From positions 1-35,449 of the forward strand of contig JBHJMP010000889.1 in NCBI GenBank assembly GCA_043381765.1: a DNA stretch of 35,449 bases, in the 5' to 3' direction. How positions within the stretch are numbered: the first letter of the stretch is position 1; the number at the start of each line of letters is the position of its first letter. The notes beneath the pieces were generated by a model. The model did not search any database. It had not been told where the DNA came from and worked only from the letters and a program-made list of their open reading frames with translations. The position numbers were made by a program, and so were the translations under genes. The stretch is from Collodictyon triciliatum (lineage: Eukaryota). This document shows, in pieces, positions 12,801 to 27,300 of this stretch.

Positions 12801-14781
12801 GAAATTTTAGCCAGTTTCAGCAATTGTTTTTCACCGTACTTCAATCAATAAAAACTAGCATAACTGGGCTTCCCTTGTAAGTATCTTAATTCTAAGAATA
12901 TTTCTAAATACAACCCTTCCCTTACGTACAAAGGAAATTATTGTCGATAATTACATCAACATATATATTAAAAATAAATTAAATCAGAGTCCTTCGGCAA
13001 GCAGCCTACATTGTGTTTCAGAGTGTTTCAAAAGATAATCCAGGTCAAGCTAATCGTAGTGTCGGCCTCCTGCTAATATATTTCTTTCTTATTCCGTGTA
13101 TCGAGAGTCCTGCAAAATTTGGTATTTGCTCATGTGAGTCTAATTTCTACTTTGAATCCGTATATTACTCCGATAATAGAATCAAATTACCAAATAAATT
13201 GCAAAATCAATTATGCGCAGACGAGCAATGGACACCTTTGGTGGATAAAGTATTATCACAACTTTGCCGATGTTTCGCTTACCTGTGTGAGTATGACTCT
13301 TTCACTGAAGATGCCACCGCGATAGCTGGTTCAATATGCAACCAAGTTTATGAAGTTTATCAACAAATCCTAGAAAGTCTCCCACTTAATCCGGACGCAA
13401 AGGTGCAGTAATTTCGAAATCAACATAAATAACCTCACTCTAATCACTCTTTGATATGTAATAGACATCCAAACGAACTGCAATTGCAACACCTGCGCCC
13501 AGTGCAGAGTCAAATTATCTTGATAGTCTTGTTTTCGCTACCAGAACTCTGCATTTTGCGATGATTGATGATGATTTCATTCAATCTCTATCTTCTGAGC
13601 TGGATACCGAATTCAAGTAACTGCATACTGAAGATAATTGCTCATTGTTTTTTTTCTTTTTTTTTATATATGTATAAAAACAGAGACATACGATTGAATC
13701 CAGAATTTAAATTCACATAACTTGGTTGTAACTTCCACGTTGAAACCCATACATGTATATGTTCATAGGCGAGACATCACAAATATCAAGGAGTTCACCA
13801 TGTGCTTGCCAGTCCCAAAAGGAGCTGTCAGCATGGACTCTCTAAGCAAAACATCCTCGTCTTTCAAACAACGCAACAGTTTCCGGCGCAAGAAAAGTAC
13901 AGCCAACGAAAGAGTATCATCCGAGCTGTTCAACATTCTAGAATCCATGGGGTATAAGCTTATGTCTGTTGAAAAAGAGAATGAAGCTTATCCGATGCTT
14001 ATATGTGTATTTATGTCATGTAGCGATTGTAGAGTTCCGCATGATACATTAATCTATCATCCAAAATAGCGACCAACAAAAAGTTGCACCAGCACAACCG
14101 AATACCCCGTCTCGCCGTGATTCAACGGTGCAGCAAGTGGACCAAGAACTTGCCAGCATTCTAAGCGAACTTGAGGTTGGTTCCAACACCACCACAGAAA
14201 ATCGCCGTTCTAGTCATGCCCGCCGTTCTTTATCCAACCGCACATCACCCGCCTCTTCTGCACGTGAGGCAGCAGGCGATGAGTCGATCTCCAGAGAAAA
14301 TGACAGCGCAAAAAGAAGCGGTGTGGATGTGCGTGATGGAGGCGTGGAGAAGGAGGACGAAGAAAGAGAAACGGACAGTGAGGATGAAGGCGTGTGTGGT
14401 GGTTTTATGGACCGAGACAGGAAGGGCTCAGTCATCTACACGGGGAAAAAAGACATGTCTCAGGAGATAGAAGACCTCCTCACAGACATGGCAAAGCCAA
14501 GGAAACAATCGCTGCTTCAACGCTCGTCCTCGAGCACGTCTATACGCGGGCCGGGCAGCCCAGAAAGCGAGCCGGTCGGGACTGTGCACCGCAGTTCTAT
14601 GTCGGACATCAGCCAGAGACAGCACATGATGGCAACGCCTGCTCTCGACCCACTGGGCAGCGGCAGTTCGCGTCGCACAAACACAGCAGATGCCGCAAAG
14701 GAAGGCTCTTTCTTGTCTGCAGTCAAGAGCTGGAAGACAGACTCCAACTTGTTCAAATTCAGGTCATCAAAGAAAGGATGA
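9900..14781 (+). CDS. PH-domain / possible C2 / divergent RasGAP-like protein; 5' end lies in or before the N gap; multi-exon, partly unresolved
   Basis: Exons <9900-9962 + 10150-10240 give KLKSTRHKHWDKKKYFFQLKSNFLYFF...EICLRG (PH-like start). KFIGRVYLQICETL (~10860-10905) is C2-like. Exons 11974-12132, ~12799-12876, 12988-13402 give KLFSALC...LVQILTNEIF, FFTVLQSIKTSITGLPLVLRQAAYIVFQSV...VGLLLIYFFLIPCIESPAKFGI...DKVLSQLC (RasGAP helical pattern). Exons 13465-13616, 13789-13951, 14070-14781 join in phase to TGA. Structure at 10631-11180 and across gap 12355-12740 is uncertain. Confidence 0.65.
10257..10620. repeat. Compound (TTTGTCC)n / (TTTTTCC)n / GTCGATTTTC intronic repeat
   Basis: Directly visible, after the donor at 10241. 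Confidence 0.95.
12355..12740. other. Assembly gap (N run)
   Basis: N run inside the RasGAP-like region. Confidence 1.
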
Positions 14782-15335
14782 GATGGGACTCTGGCCTTGG
14801 CTTACTCTCTGGCAAATAAATATTCATGGCGTGTACATCAGCGAATGAGACTTGCGTCCTGTCGAGCAACAGAGCGGGACTTGTTGGACGCGTTGTTTGT
14901 TTTGTTTTGTTTTGTTTGTTTGTTTTCCCCTTATTCGATTCATAGTTGTTGGATGTGATGCGTTGTTATATTGAAATCATAGAATGATGCCATTACACAT
15001 AAATGAATTGAAATTCACTGGTCAGCATTTTTGCACATCGCAGTTATTTTGATAGTTATTTCCCTCTTTTTTTTTTTTTTTTCATCAGAAATATGCCATG
15101 GGTTTAAAGTGGTGAACATCGCGGGGATGTTAAGGAGTAAACATAAAATAAGATGGCTCGAGCGATTTGCTTATCTCTCTCCCTTTTTTTTTTTTTTGAG
15201 TGTGTTTTTCGTTCTATTATTTATTTAATTTATACATAAAGTAGCATCAGTGTCTACTCTTTTTTTTTTTTTAACCGTCCTACTGCCGAAGGAGGAGTTC
15301 GGAAGAAGGGTTATCTTTTTCTTGGCGTAGAGTCC

Positions 15336-18300
15336 TTACGCGTAGTAAAACTCATCCTCTTCCTCAATCAACTGGTCCGTGTCGATGTCAAAACACGTTG
15401 TTATCGCTTGTAGTAGTCGCTCTCGCAAAATGTTTTCACTAGAATAATCAGGTAACTCCACTGCGAAAAAGCACGTCTGTGCGCGTGGGAAGTCGGAATC
15501 CGGGCTATCCACAACCAGTTTCCCCAGTTTCATTTTGTCCTAGAATCAATCATTCAATCAATAGTTGATCTGTAAAAATCTAATAGCTTATGTGTAAGTG
15601 ATTCTTTCTTTTGAGGAATTACAAGTATAGCCAATAATGGATTCCTCTTTTTATGGCAACATGACCCGATAAGTGTGTCAGTTATATTCAAATGAAAAAA
15701 AAAAAGGGACAAGAATATATCAGAAAGGATGTTTCCTCCCTGTCGACTTCTATTCGAGATTGCAAAGGTGTTTCGTCAGGAATTACCTGTTGCCGAAACT
15801 CAGCCGCAGAAGGCAAGCGCTCCCGACCGGATGCAAACCTTAAGAACAGTTTGCGCTGTTTTTGGTTGAAGCCCTCCAATACATTCCAAAAGTATGAGAC
15901 AATCGGTTCGGTTGGTGAAATATTCTCTCGGTAACGTGTGTGCATCTAGCATGGCAAAAAGTGTGAATATTTTGAGATTCTCGTCCGAGAGATATGAAAT
16001 ATGAAATATGAAATATGAAATATGAAATGAGAAATGAGAAATGAGAAATGAGAAATGAGAAATGAGAAATGAGAAATGAGAAATGAGAAATGAGAAATGA
16101 GAAATGAGAAATGAGAAATGAGAAAGGAGAAATGAGAAAGGAGATATGAGAAAGGAGAAATGAGAAAGGAGAAAGGAGAAAGCAGAAAGGAGAAAGCAGA
16201 AAGGAGAAAGCAGAAAGGAGAAAGCAGAAAGGAAAAGGAAAAGAAATACCTTGAGCAAAGAAAGGTCGACATCTGAATGGCCACACACGCGCAAGGCGAG
16301 TTGTTGCCAGGTAAATAGAGGAAGCAAGCATTCAGGTATGATTGTCGACATTCCCTTACGAATGGCTTTCATTTGCAAAGAACTCTCCTGGAGTCGAACC
16401 TGCTCCACTAGTCTGCAATACTCCCCACGGTTGTCAAATCTAATAAACGAGAAACTTTTTTTAATAATAGTATTTCAAAGATGATATCAATTTGGTGACA
16501 AAAGACAAGAATTCGAGTATTAAAAGAAAAAGAAAGAAAAAGAAAGAAAAAGAAAAAGAAAGAAAAAGAAAGAAAAAGAAAGAAAAAGAAAAAGAAAAAG
16601 AAAAAGAAAGAAAAAGAAAAAGAAAAAGAAAAATGAATGGATGAATGGATGAATGGATTTAACCATTTATTAATTTAATTCGCCGTTCTGGAATACCATA
16701 ATGGCCACTAAACATCGACGTGATTATTGATATCTTATGTGCCACTTACGTGACATCGATGTGTGCTCCGTTTGGCATGAGAGGAACGACAGAGCCATCA
16801 CTTCTTGCAGTGGTGAAGGTTTCAAATATCATATTTGAAAATTGATCTCTATCCATGCCTTTCCTCTCTATTGCATGAAGAATTTCATTCAGCACATTAA
16901 TGAGAATTATCAATAGAGGATGTCCTAGAGGTTTGAGAGGGGAAAAGGAAAAAGAAAAAAGAAACCTATATTGCGTATGCTGTCTAGATACTGCCAACAA
17001 AAGCGGTCTATATCCTTGATATCTTTTGCATCCAGAGGAAGGCCAACCTTGAAGTGAACAGATATCGATCGTTCGGTTTATTACAGGAAAGTAGATTTCA
17101 CGGCATGTTGTAAAAGAGTAAAATACCAAAGGTTTCCAGACGAAGGGTGGAAAATCCAAGGGCAGAGGATTCCTCTTCGTTTCCAACAAACATTAAGTAA
17201 CATTAATTAAATAGATCAAAAATAGTTTAAAAATGAGTAGTCATGTATAAATAAAATGCCAAAAGCTGATTCATCAATCATCTTTGTGGTGATTTCTTAA
17301 AAGAAAAATAATAAGGATAGTGTATGCATGATGCATATATACCGTTCGCATGGCTATTCCCATCAACTTTCCAACAAACTCATACATGGACATATGTATG
17401 GGAGTGGTGGATGCTGGTCGTGGAATGTATTTGTCTCTGTTCTCACCAATACCAATTTCTAAACATGTCCAGAGGGTTTGATGTAATGTATGATTATTTC
17501 TCCCGCAATAACATTTCTTTAATCCATATATTTTGAATCATAAAAGGGATAATGGAAAACTAAAGTCGATTTTTTTTTAAAAAAAAATTAATAATAATGA
17601 AGCTGTATGACTGGCAAGACAAACCTTCTCGTGCAAGTTTGGCGTTGGGGCACAGTATGAACAACGGCAACAAGGATGATTGTAACTCTTCACAAATCCA
17701 TGTAATAGTTTCTCTATACGGTCCTCCAATATCTTGCGCCCCCTCACCCTCCATTTTAACTGTCCATGATTGGTCGTCTTGTCTTAAATACGAAGGGTCG
17801 ATATCATGCAACTGGTGGAATATTTGGACGAAAACACACCACGGAATATCTCCGTCTGGACCTGGTTGTAAATCAATTTAGAGGCTGTTATTTTATTATT
17901 TATTATATATTTACAGATTCATGAAGCAATTATTATCCTTTGTCAAAAAGAAAAAAAAACTATACTATTCGGCGTTTCCGTTGCCTGCTGTCGATTGATT
18001 ATAACGGTAGGTCTTGCGTCCGATGGCATCGTTTTCATCAGTTTATTGAATAACTCCATTTTGGTACTTTGGTTACATAGAAAAAAATTGTAATGATTTT
18101 TTACTGTGACTTTATTAGAGACTAATATATTAAATTACTTTCTGTGCCGTAATTTTTTTTAGATGATTAATAATATCATATTTATACAATTGCTATTCCA
18201 TACCTGTAGAATATAAGTCCTCTAAGCTCGCAGATGCAAAACGATAATGACCCACTTTCGACAGCGTAGCTGAAATCGACGATGGGGAGTATCGGTGCGA

Positions 18301-21300
18301 GAATGTAGTTGAATAATCGAAGGATGGAAAATCTCAATTTCAGTGATTCAGGGGGCACATTATGCAGCAAGGGATAAACCATTCTGTCAGTCTCTGTCAG
18401 TTCAATATCTGGAGGTGTTAATATCAACGGGTTTGTTCCTCTATCCTCGCACATAGAGTCCACATAGTTGACCAACTGCTCGTCCATGGATAATGTCCAT
18501 TGAACTCTACGTAAACAAAATGTTACAAAATAAATTGGGTTATGAAATAAATGCGACTGACATGACAAAAATAATACGCTATACAATACATACTTTGAGA
18601 TTGCTAGGTCGATTAAATCCTTTTCAGATGCGAATAACCTTGCTTTGTAATCCTGTGTAAACTCAGGAACAACAGAGAATCTAAAGCCCCATTCAGAACC
18701 TAAGAAAAAATTACTTCATTTTTCTGTTTTTGGTTGTTGATATTTTTTTCCAAAAGGAAAAAGAAGCAGAAAAAACCAAGAAAACCCAAGAAAAAAGAGA
18801 GCAAAAAACGTAAAATGTTGTGATCCGTTTAAATAATAAAAGCTACATCTTCGAGAATGAACCATATTGTTAACACCTACCATGAATCCCATCGAATTTG
18901 AAAGAAAATGAATCTCCATCTAGGGAGAATATTCGGAAGTGGCTTTCTTCGAACTATGGATTAGTTGAATTAGGTTATTATTATGTTTTTTTTTTTTTTG
19001 CTTTTTTGTTGTTTTTTTTGCTTTTTTGTTTTGTTTTTTCTTGGAACTTAATATTAAACAATACCATGAAAAATAATACATATAATGTAATTTTAGTGAA
19101 TGATTAAAATTACAAAACATAGCAAAAGAAATAAAACCTTTCCAAAAAATTGTCCCAAATCTTCGTATTCGGTATCCTCTCTAAAGAAAACCAATCTGTC
19201 ATGAGGGTGGGTCGACGACCGGCAATCAAGTATGACCAACAGAGATTTAGCGTTGGGAATGCTGACGGTTCCCTCCGTACTGAAACGGTGGTATGGATGA
19301 GGACTCTCTTGCACAACAACTTCTTTAGTCTCTAACCATGCTTCGCATAAGAACGTGTCAGGTAATCCCTTTCGCTGCAAGAAGCATTCCACGATGTGAG
19401 TTACTTCGAATATTATATCAAACCACGAGCGACTTGAGCCGTTATCAGGGTCATCTTTGTCTCCAGCGATATCTGATAAGCTAGTAATAGAGTGTTCGGA
19501 TGATATTGGGCGCATGTTCCCATCCGCACTTGGCGCCCGAAAAGAAACAGGCTTACTTCGCTCTGCATGTAACTGGGAATGTACTTGGCCAGAATGAGTC
19601 TGATTTGTCGGTGATGTCACAATCCCAGGGTCGATGTCACGCTCGAGCCAATTAAATCTGACAGCACCGAGTATGAACTCGACAAGAGACTTGAGATATA
19701 GGCCTTCTTCCTCGCTCCAAAGCAAAGGGAGAGTAGAGCCTTCAGCTGCATGTGAGCCTCTTTTATACATATCGGCCATCTCCTGTCTTACCCGCTGCAA
19801 GAGCTCAAGGTTGGGCTGGATGACATCAGAGGTATTTGAAAAGAGTTTCAATGCATGAGCAGACAAAAATTATCAAGGATAGACAAAATGAATCTAGTAA
19901 TAAAAATGAATGATTGAAAGTAAAATAAAAAGACAAAAAATTTCAATGGAAAATCTCACGGTTCTTGGAATGGACATATTTCGAGTGTGATGCATGATTA
20001 TAATCATCATTCTGATGATTTTTGTTTTTGCCGTGTCAGAAGGCTGAGACTCAACGTTTTGCAGGAGCATATCAATAATATCTGGGAGCCTATTTAACAC
20101 CTCAGCTTGTTCTCCATCCTATGAATTTGCATTTATTTTATTAAAAGATCTCACATGTATATTTCAAGATTATAGTGAACATAAACTCCTACCAAAGGTA
20201 AGAATGAAGCGTGGGTCAGATACATACCTTGCAAACAAGATCAAGAATCCAAGATGCTAAATCGAATGAAGGTTCAGAACTGAATATGTTTTCTCTGTGT
20301 TGTGTGTTGGGCATGGCTGGTGTAGAGGAAAGCCAAAACCCAGAGGAAATGCACAGATTGATAAGGTATCGAGTAATAATGGCTCTGTCAGATGGTTCAT
20401 TGCGAAGAGTACTTGTTAATTTACTACGCAACTGAGACATAACAGGGCCCTGTAATGGTAGATTGTGGAGATTGATAGATTTCATCTCTGGGACAATGTC
20501 ATCTGCGAAAGCTGGCAAAAAAGCTCGCTCGATTGTCGCCAATTTTAACAAACTGAATAGTTTCTCGTGACCACCAAATAAGCTTAGCGAAAATCGGCAC
20601 CCGTCTGGCCATCTCGATAGGATAGAAAGTAGTGTACGACATGCGTGTGTGGCCAAAAGACATGATGAAACAGACGCCAAACTATGAACAATATCAATAG
20701 GCCCAAGTATAGATATATCCCCATAAAAATCATTCATCCCAGTTACGGGACGAGTAAGTAACGTTGAGTACCAACTTGTAGATTTTACCCCTGTTTCAGG
20801 ATTATAATGCTGCAAAAGAGCCATCTGCGAGTCAAGGTCCACTCCTTTCAAAACACACATCTTTTCGTTCTTTTCCGAATTTGAGTCCATGTTTGCAAGT
20901 AGATCAGAATTTGTAGTAACAGAAACGAGCATCATAGGACATATATCTAAAGAGGAAAACAAGGCGCCATTAACGCTGTTTGTGGATTCTGTTGGTTGTA
21001 TTTCCGGGATTGCAACATCCATGCTATCTTCCCCGTTTCCCAAAAATCGACGGAGTGCGCTTTCCTCATCATATCGCATATTTTCTACGACATCATCTCT
21101 TGAAGTAGATGTGACTGGAAGTGAAACTGAACCCTGTAGATGATCAATTGTATTCTTAGTGACAGTGTTTGAACAGTACTGATTGATAGTATAATACAGT
21201 AAATTTTATGTTTTTTTTTTGTTACGTAAGTATAAAATACGTACGCTATTGAAAATGAAAATAGAAAAGCACTTGAATAGACTTTACAAAAATTGGGTAT

Positions 21301-24300
21301 GTAATTACTTAGTTCTATAAATTTCGACTAATTATGGGTTACATACAGGTCGCTTTGAAGTTGCTGGCGTTGTTGGTTTTTCAGTTGTATCACTAATTAT
21401 CATTCCCCTAAGCTTATCGATGAAATTAAATTTAAAGTGAAACTGTCCAAAATTTGCAATCACACGTGACCCCCGGCTGCTCATAGAAATATATGGGTAG
21501 CATATCCCATTCACATTCTTGAAAGCTTGGCCAATGTTGACCCCATTTTTTGTAAAGTACACACTCCCATCTGAATTATTCCAACCACAACCTACAATAT
21601 CGCCCGTCCTGAACGAGGGTCCGAAGACATCACCAGCGCCCCCTTTAGATTTCCCTCTCCATTTCCTCCCAGTATCCTGATAGACACATACATCATCATC
21701 AAAGTCACCAACGTGGGTGTCTCCATACGTTAAGCCGTACTCGATACCTCCTGTCGACCGGCCCTTGCTCTCTATGTAAATTTCATAATAGTACCCAGGT
21801 ATTTGCGATGGAATGGGGCGATTTGTACGAGCCCAGCCTCTGTCATCACTGGAGCGACCTGCATATAATACTGTGCGAGAATCATCCCCCGATATTTCTA
21901 CATAGAATGAGTGAAGTCGATCGAATGATGTCGGGTATTGAAGAGGCAAACGCGCAAGCGGGGAGCAAGGAATAATATCTTGCCACAATCGGTCGCTGAA
22001 ATCAGAACACTTTTCTTGCATCCTAGTCATCCTGCAGTGTGATTAAAACAACTTTAGTTCATATAATATGATTTCCAAAGAATAGGGTTAGAATGAATTA
22101 TAGAAGAAAACATAACATTATTTATGACATTAACGAGCTATATTATCAAGATAGGAAAATAAATAGATGCAGACGTTCGTTCCAGGTCATCAGAGTTTTT
22201 TAAATGTTTAGTATTGGTAACTTTAAGAGCTGTTTCTGATAAAATTGACATGGCTCCACTTTCCAAGAAGAAGGTCATCGATTCAGGATTTTCTAGTAAC
22301 GCGCTGAGACTCTTGAAGCCTCTCCCTGTTAATCGAACTTAGTGAAAAAAAAAATAATTTTTTTTGCGAAGTATTTAATGATAAAAAAAAAAAAAATCGT
22401 TGAGTATATGTATAAAAAAAACACAAAAAAACACAAAAAAACACAAAAAAAACACAAAAAAAAACACAAAAAAACACAAAAAAACACAAAAAAACACAAA
22501 AAACACAAAAAAACACACAAAAAAACACAAAAAAGAAACAAACAAAAAAAGGAATCGTTGACAATTCTTAAATATAAAAAATACATTTTATTTGCGCAGC
22601 CCCTATATTCATCGTTCGAAACGGTACGCATTCTTCGCTTTTCGTACTGGACTTCATAATTTTGATGTATGCGTCAAGTATGTGCTCGTTGAGTTTGAAG
22701 GTTGATGAGTCGAAAGCTGCTTCGGGCACGGGTATCACTTTTTCCACGTCGAAGGATGAAATCACCCCTGAATCCAATAACACTTGTAATTTGCCAGTGG
22801 AGTTCTCACATATTACTATACGAGTAAATGGAAGTATTGTTAATACTAGAGGTGTATATGTCTATAACAGTACCGAATATGTAATATATAACGCCGTCGT
22901 CCTGGAAAGAGAGTTAACACACACCAAAACATACAGGAAGCTGCTTGGTAAGATACTTGTTTGTTTGTTTGTTTGTTTGTTTGTTTGTTTGTTTGTTTGT
23001 TTGTTTGTTTGTTTGTTTGTTTGTTTGTTTGTTTGTTTGTTTGTTTGTTGGTGTGTTTTAATGAAAAAAAAGTACCTATAGTCCCATTCTCTGTTTTGTC
23101 TTTTTCAACCCGAACCTCAACCTGGCCTCCTACTCGAATACCGTCTGTGTGGCCCCCTAAAACACACAGAGCAGAAACTTCTCGACTTGCGTCCATCGAC
23201 TTCTCCCCTTCGGCTGACATCAATACACTTGGTATGTTGGATACATACTTGGAGAGTTTTTCATTCAAAATCTAGATAATTCGAGTCAGACTGAAGTGTC
23301 GGCGAGGATCAATCTTTCAACAATTTAGGGATATGCTTTGAATCGAATAAAGGGAAAAAACAATTTAGGGATATAATATTAATTTATTTATTTGTTTAGA
23401 ATAGGAAGCATACTTTTGCAGTGCCTTTGAAGCCCATCATCTTCCGAAGCAACATGATGCATTCATCAGCAAAACATCGATTAACAAATCCACTTCTCGA
23501 TCTAACAAGATTTGGTATTGATGAAGTTGAATCCCAGCCACGGGTACTGGTTCCACGAGATTTTTGAGGTTTTCTTCCCTTTCCACGGAGACGGGCAGCT
23601 GGTGCATGAGGAATGCGACCTTGTTGTATGGAATTCATAAAAACATCTGATGTATTACTACCGTCACTATGTATTGCTGAATTTAATGCTTCACTGGAAG
23701 ATGGATATGAACTCAGCGACACACTTTCTACTTCGGGTGATTGATAGGCTGAATTTGAAGGGGGTATTTTTCGAATTTGTAAGGTCATTTGAAGATTTGA
23801 TATTGATTCCAATATTTCAAATGAAATCATTTTGTTCATATTCTCAACTGATTCTGGAAGACTTTCAGGCCTACGAACAAAGAACCGTCCTGCTAGTAAA
23901 AGGAGAGCATCCACAATACTAGGTATACCCTCCTCAAAAACGATGGAACTAGGACCGATGGGCAGCTCAAATCTTGAAGGAATTAGAGTGGATATATACT
24001 CTTGACTAAATAGGTATCGGAATATTCGAAAAACTATTCTCTGAATTCGGAGCGAAGACACCATAAGGAGAGTTAGCAAGGTAATGAACATTTTTCTGGT
24101 TATTATATGCTGTAATGGTTTGTTTTGGCAAAGGTTGAGAACTATCGAAAGAATGTCGGATAAAGTGGCTTCGACATCATCGAAATTTTCAATTCCATCT
24201 AACTTCACTGGTGTTTCTCCATAGAGGTGCGTAGACAGAACAGACATGGAGTTTGATTCTCCTTGTTGCTGAGAGACAGATGGGAAAAATTTCATAATCA

Positions 24301-27300
24301 TAGATGAGTAGTGTTGAATCAGTCCTGCGAGCGTCTCCAAGCAATTTTGTTGTGTATCAGTGAGCTGACTTAACTCAAGCAAAGGGAAGTCAGTATGGAC
24401 GTTTAATATGGAGTGTATTGCTGATTTAAAAGCAAGAATACACGCATTTTTAAATTGAGCTTTTGACAATTTCTCTTCTTCAGTTGAGAGATTACGATTA
24501 ACTTCTACCGGTACATTGGTTGAAATAATAATTTTTTTGAGAGTCTCCAGTGAATTTCCCTTGAGAATGACATGGTGGTCTTTTGAAGAAAATCCGATGG
24601 AGAACAATCCGAGTAGAATAGATTTTGTATAGTCATCAGTCTATTATTATTTTTGCAGATGTTATAGGTATTTACTTTACATGTATAGAATTTAGCAATA
24701 GTTTTTTTCTTTTTTTTATAGAATATAGCAATAGTATTGGATTATCCTCTTTTTTTTAGAAAAAAAAGGATAATAAGATAACCTCTTTGTTGGAAAAAAA
24801 TGTCATCATAACCAAAAAAAGCGAACAAAAGGACTCTCGAACCCCTTGAATAATAATTGGACTACATCCCTATGGTATTCACACTTAATAATATATCAAA
24901 TACTTTACCACCTACGTGAAATAGAATTTACAGTTAATATAAAGTAGCATTTTGAGTAGCTCATACGTGAATATCATCCAGATACGATCCTTGTATCCCG
25001 TTTTTTGGTGCAAAAGCAGCAATCACAGAGCGAATTATGTCTTGCTTTACAGACAAGATTTTAATGGACTCTAATAGTTTCTGACATCTTTCCATCCCTT
25101 GAGCTCTATTAATGGCCCTGTTATTCTGTATATCTAGACATGCTCTTATGTCCTCAGCTAATAAAATTGATAAAATTATGTTGTTGTCTTTCAAAAAAAA
25201 AAAAAAAGAAGAAGTGAGATATGGTGATTCATTCATTTTCAATCAAGAATGGAGAAAACGAATAAATTGAAATGAATAAATATATAATGTATAAAAAATA
25301 GAAGAATCGTCCTCTCTTTATGAATTAAAAATAATAAGGAGGATAACGTCATCTCTTGCGTTCAATATATATGATGTGGTGTATATAAAGGGAACTTACT
25401 TGAGTTTGTCTCTTGAGATGTCATAAAATTAAGTACAGAATCGCTTACAACGTTGAATAAGTCGTCAGTATCTAGATGTGAGGCTTTGATATTCATCTCG
25501 GTTGAATTTGATATCTTGCTACTTTTCTCATCCCCATTCACTAAATTCTTTGAATGGAAACCTGCAGATTCACAAGTAGAATTGCAAGTAGAAATAAAAT
25601 ATGTTTTCGTATTAGCATTTACAAAAAAAAATTAAAAAGATAAATATACTTAAGTAGGGAGAAAAAAACATAGTCCATCAAATTTTGATCGGTTGTATTA
25701 TGAATCATGCATCTGTTTCGCTTAAAAAAAACCTTCCAACTTTACGTTTGCATGAGTCCCATTCACTACACCAGACAGGCTGCAAGCCGTAAATGATAAT
25801 AGAAATTTTGCCTTCATCACAATCTGATCAGATAAATCAGAGTATGTGATTTTGTCAGAGTTTAGTTGGTGTTGTTGTACAAGCCATATGCGAATTTTTC
25901 CAGCTTTCGACCATGCTCTTTCTATCTCAGGTGGCGGTGTCAATTCATCGCTCATTATTGTCTTGGACCCTGCCCGAAACCCTGATATTGTGATTTGCTG
26001 AGCGTAAAGAGATGCTTCTCCAGTTAGTCCAGTGTGGTGAATAAGTACTGCTGCCACAGCCCTTTCAGCACGTTCCATATCCTCGTTAGACAATGTACTC
26101 AAAGGAACTCTATTGGATGATTGCTGGAGCATCCATAAGCCAAACCTATGATATAATTAGAGTTGCTTCATTAAAAGGTTTCCATTCACCATGCATATAT
26201 GAACAGAGGATTCTGCACTGAATCACATATGAACTATGGATGAAATCAGACTGTGCGCCAGATGAGCCTGGTGTGCCTATTAACAATTCCATAGGGAAAC
26301 TTGACGTTGATAAGGGACTATCGGCTCCACCTTGCAGAGGAGGCGACTGCATCCACTTTTTTAGAACGACTTCTCGGTCATCAACAGGTACACCTGACAT
26401 CATCGACTTGAGGTATCTTCCTATCAATATTGAGGCTGTCTTTTCCAAGTCAAAGAGCCAAGGAAACTAAAAATTTTGTGAAAATTAAACTGTGTTCTTT
26501 TCTATTTCTCAAAGCTTTACATTTTTCGATATATATAATGGGTAAATTGAATTGCTTTTGTTTCGATTGAGAATGCATAAATGATTGATTCGAAAACCTG
26601 GTCAACAAGTTTCTGTCTGGATTGAATAGGCTTTGAGACTGAATATAAAGAGTTCATATACTCTCTCTTCAGGTAATTGTCTTCAGCCTTTATTACTAGC
26701 TCGGAAAGAGAGTTCTGATTATCTAAAACTAATGTGCGGCAAGGGGTTGCGAAGGGAAGGGGAAGAAAAAGCGAATTTTAGACATTTTCGTGCAAAAAAA
26801 AAAATACGATAACAAAGTAATGTGACGGAATAAGTAGACTATAGTTGTGATTTACCAATCAAAAAATCCTGTAAATTATCTATCAGATTGGATGATAGCA
26901 ACTGCTGGCTCGGGAAGCTGCATAGAGACGTTATGATAGAAGGCAATAATATTCCAATAATCTAGGAAGGGTTTGTTCAATTATGAATTCATTTAAAGCC
27001 GTTTCTATTAGGGATATTATACAACCAAATCTACTTGTCTATGATTTTATACAATAATATAAGAGAAAAAAAGGAAGTAGAAAATACAGAGGAGTATTCT
27101 GCATCCTTAGGGTCGAAAGGTACTCCAAGACTATAATAATTGTACAGTGTTTAAGTTTCTAATCACCTCATCTACTGCGAGAAAAAAAAACATGACATAG
27201 ATTATTTTTAGGGTGGAAATGTATTTGGTCAAGATACCACTCAGATCTATTTTGTTTGATGAGATAACAAGTTTTTTCGAGTAGACATTTTGAAAAGCTA

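Larger units (their letters stand above)
15336..17860 (-). other. HECT catalytic domain-encoding exons
   Basis: [13 protein letters not shown] through PRAQTCFF...[18 protein letters not shown], spread over 8 exons. Confidence 0.95.
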
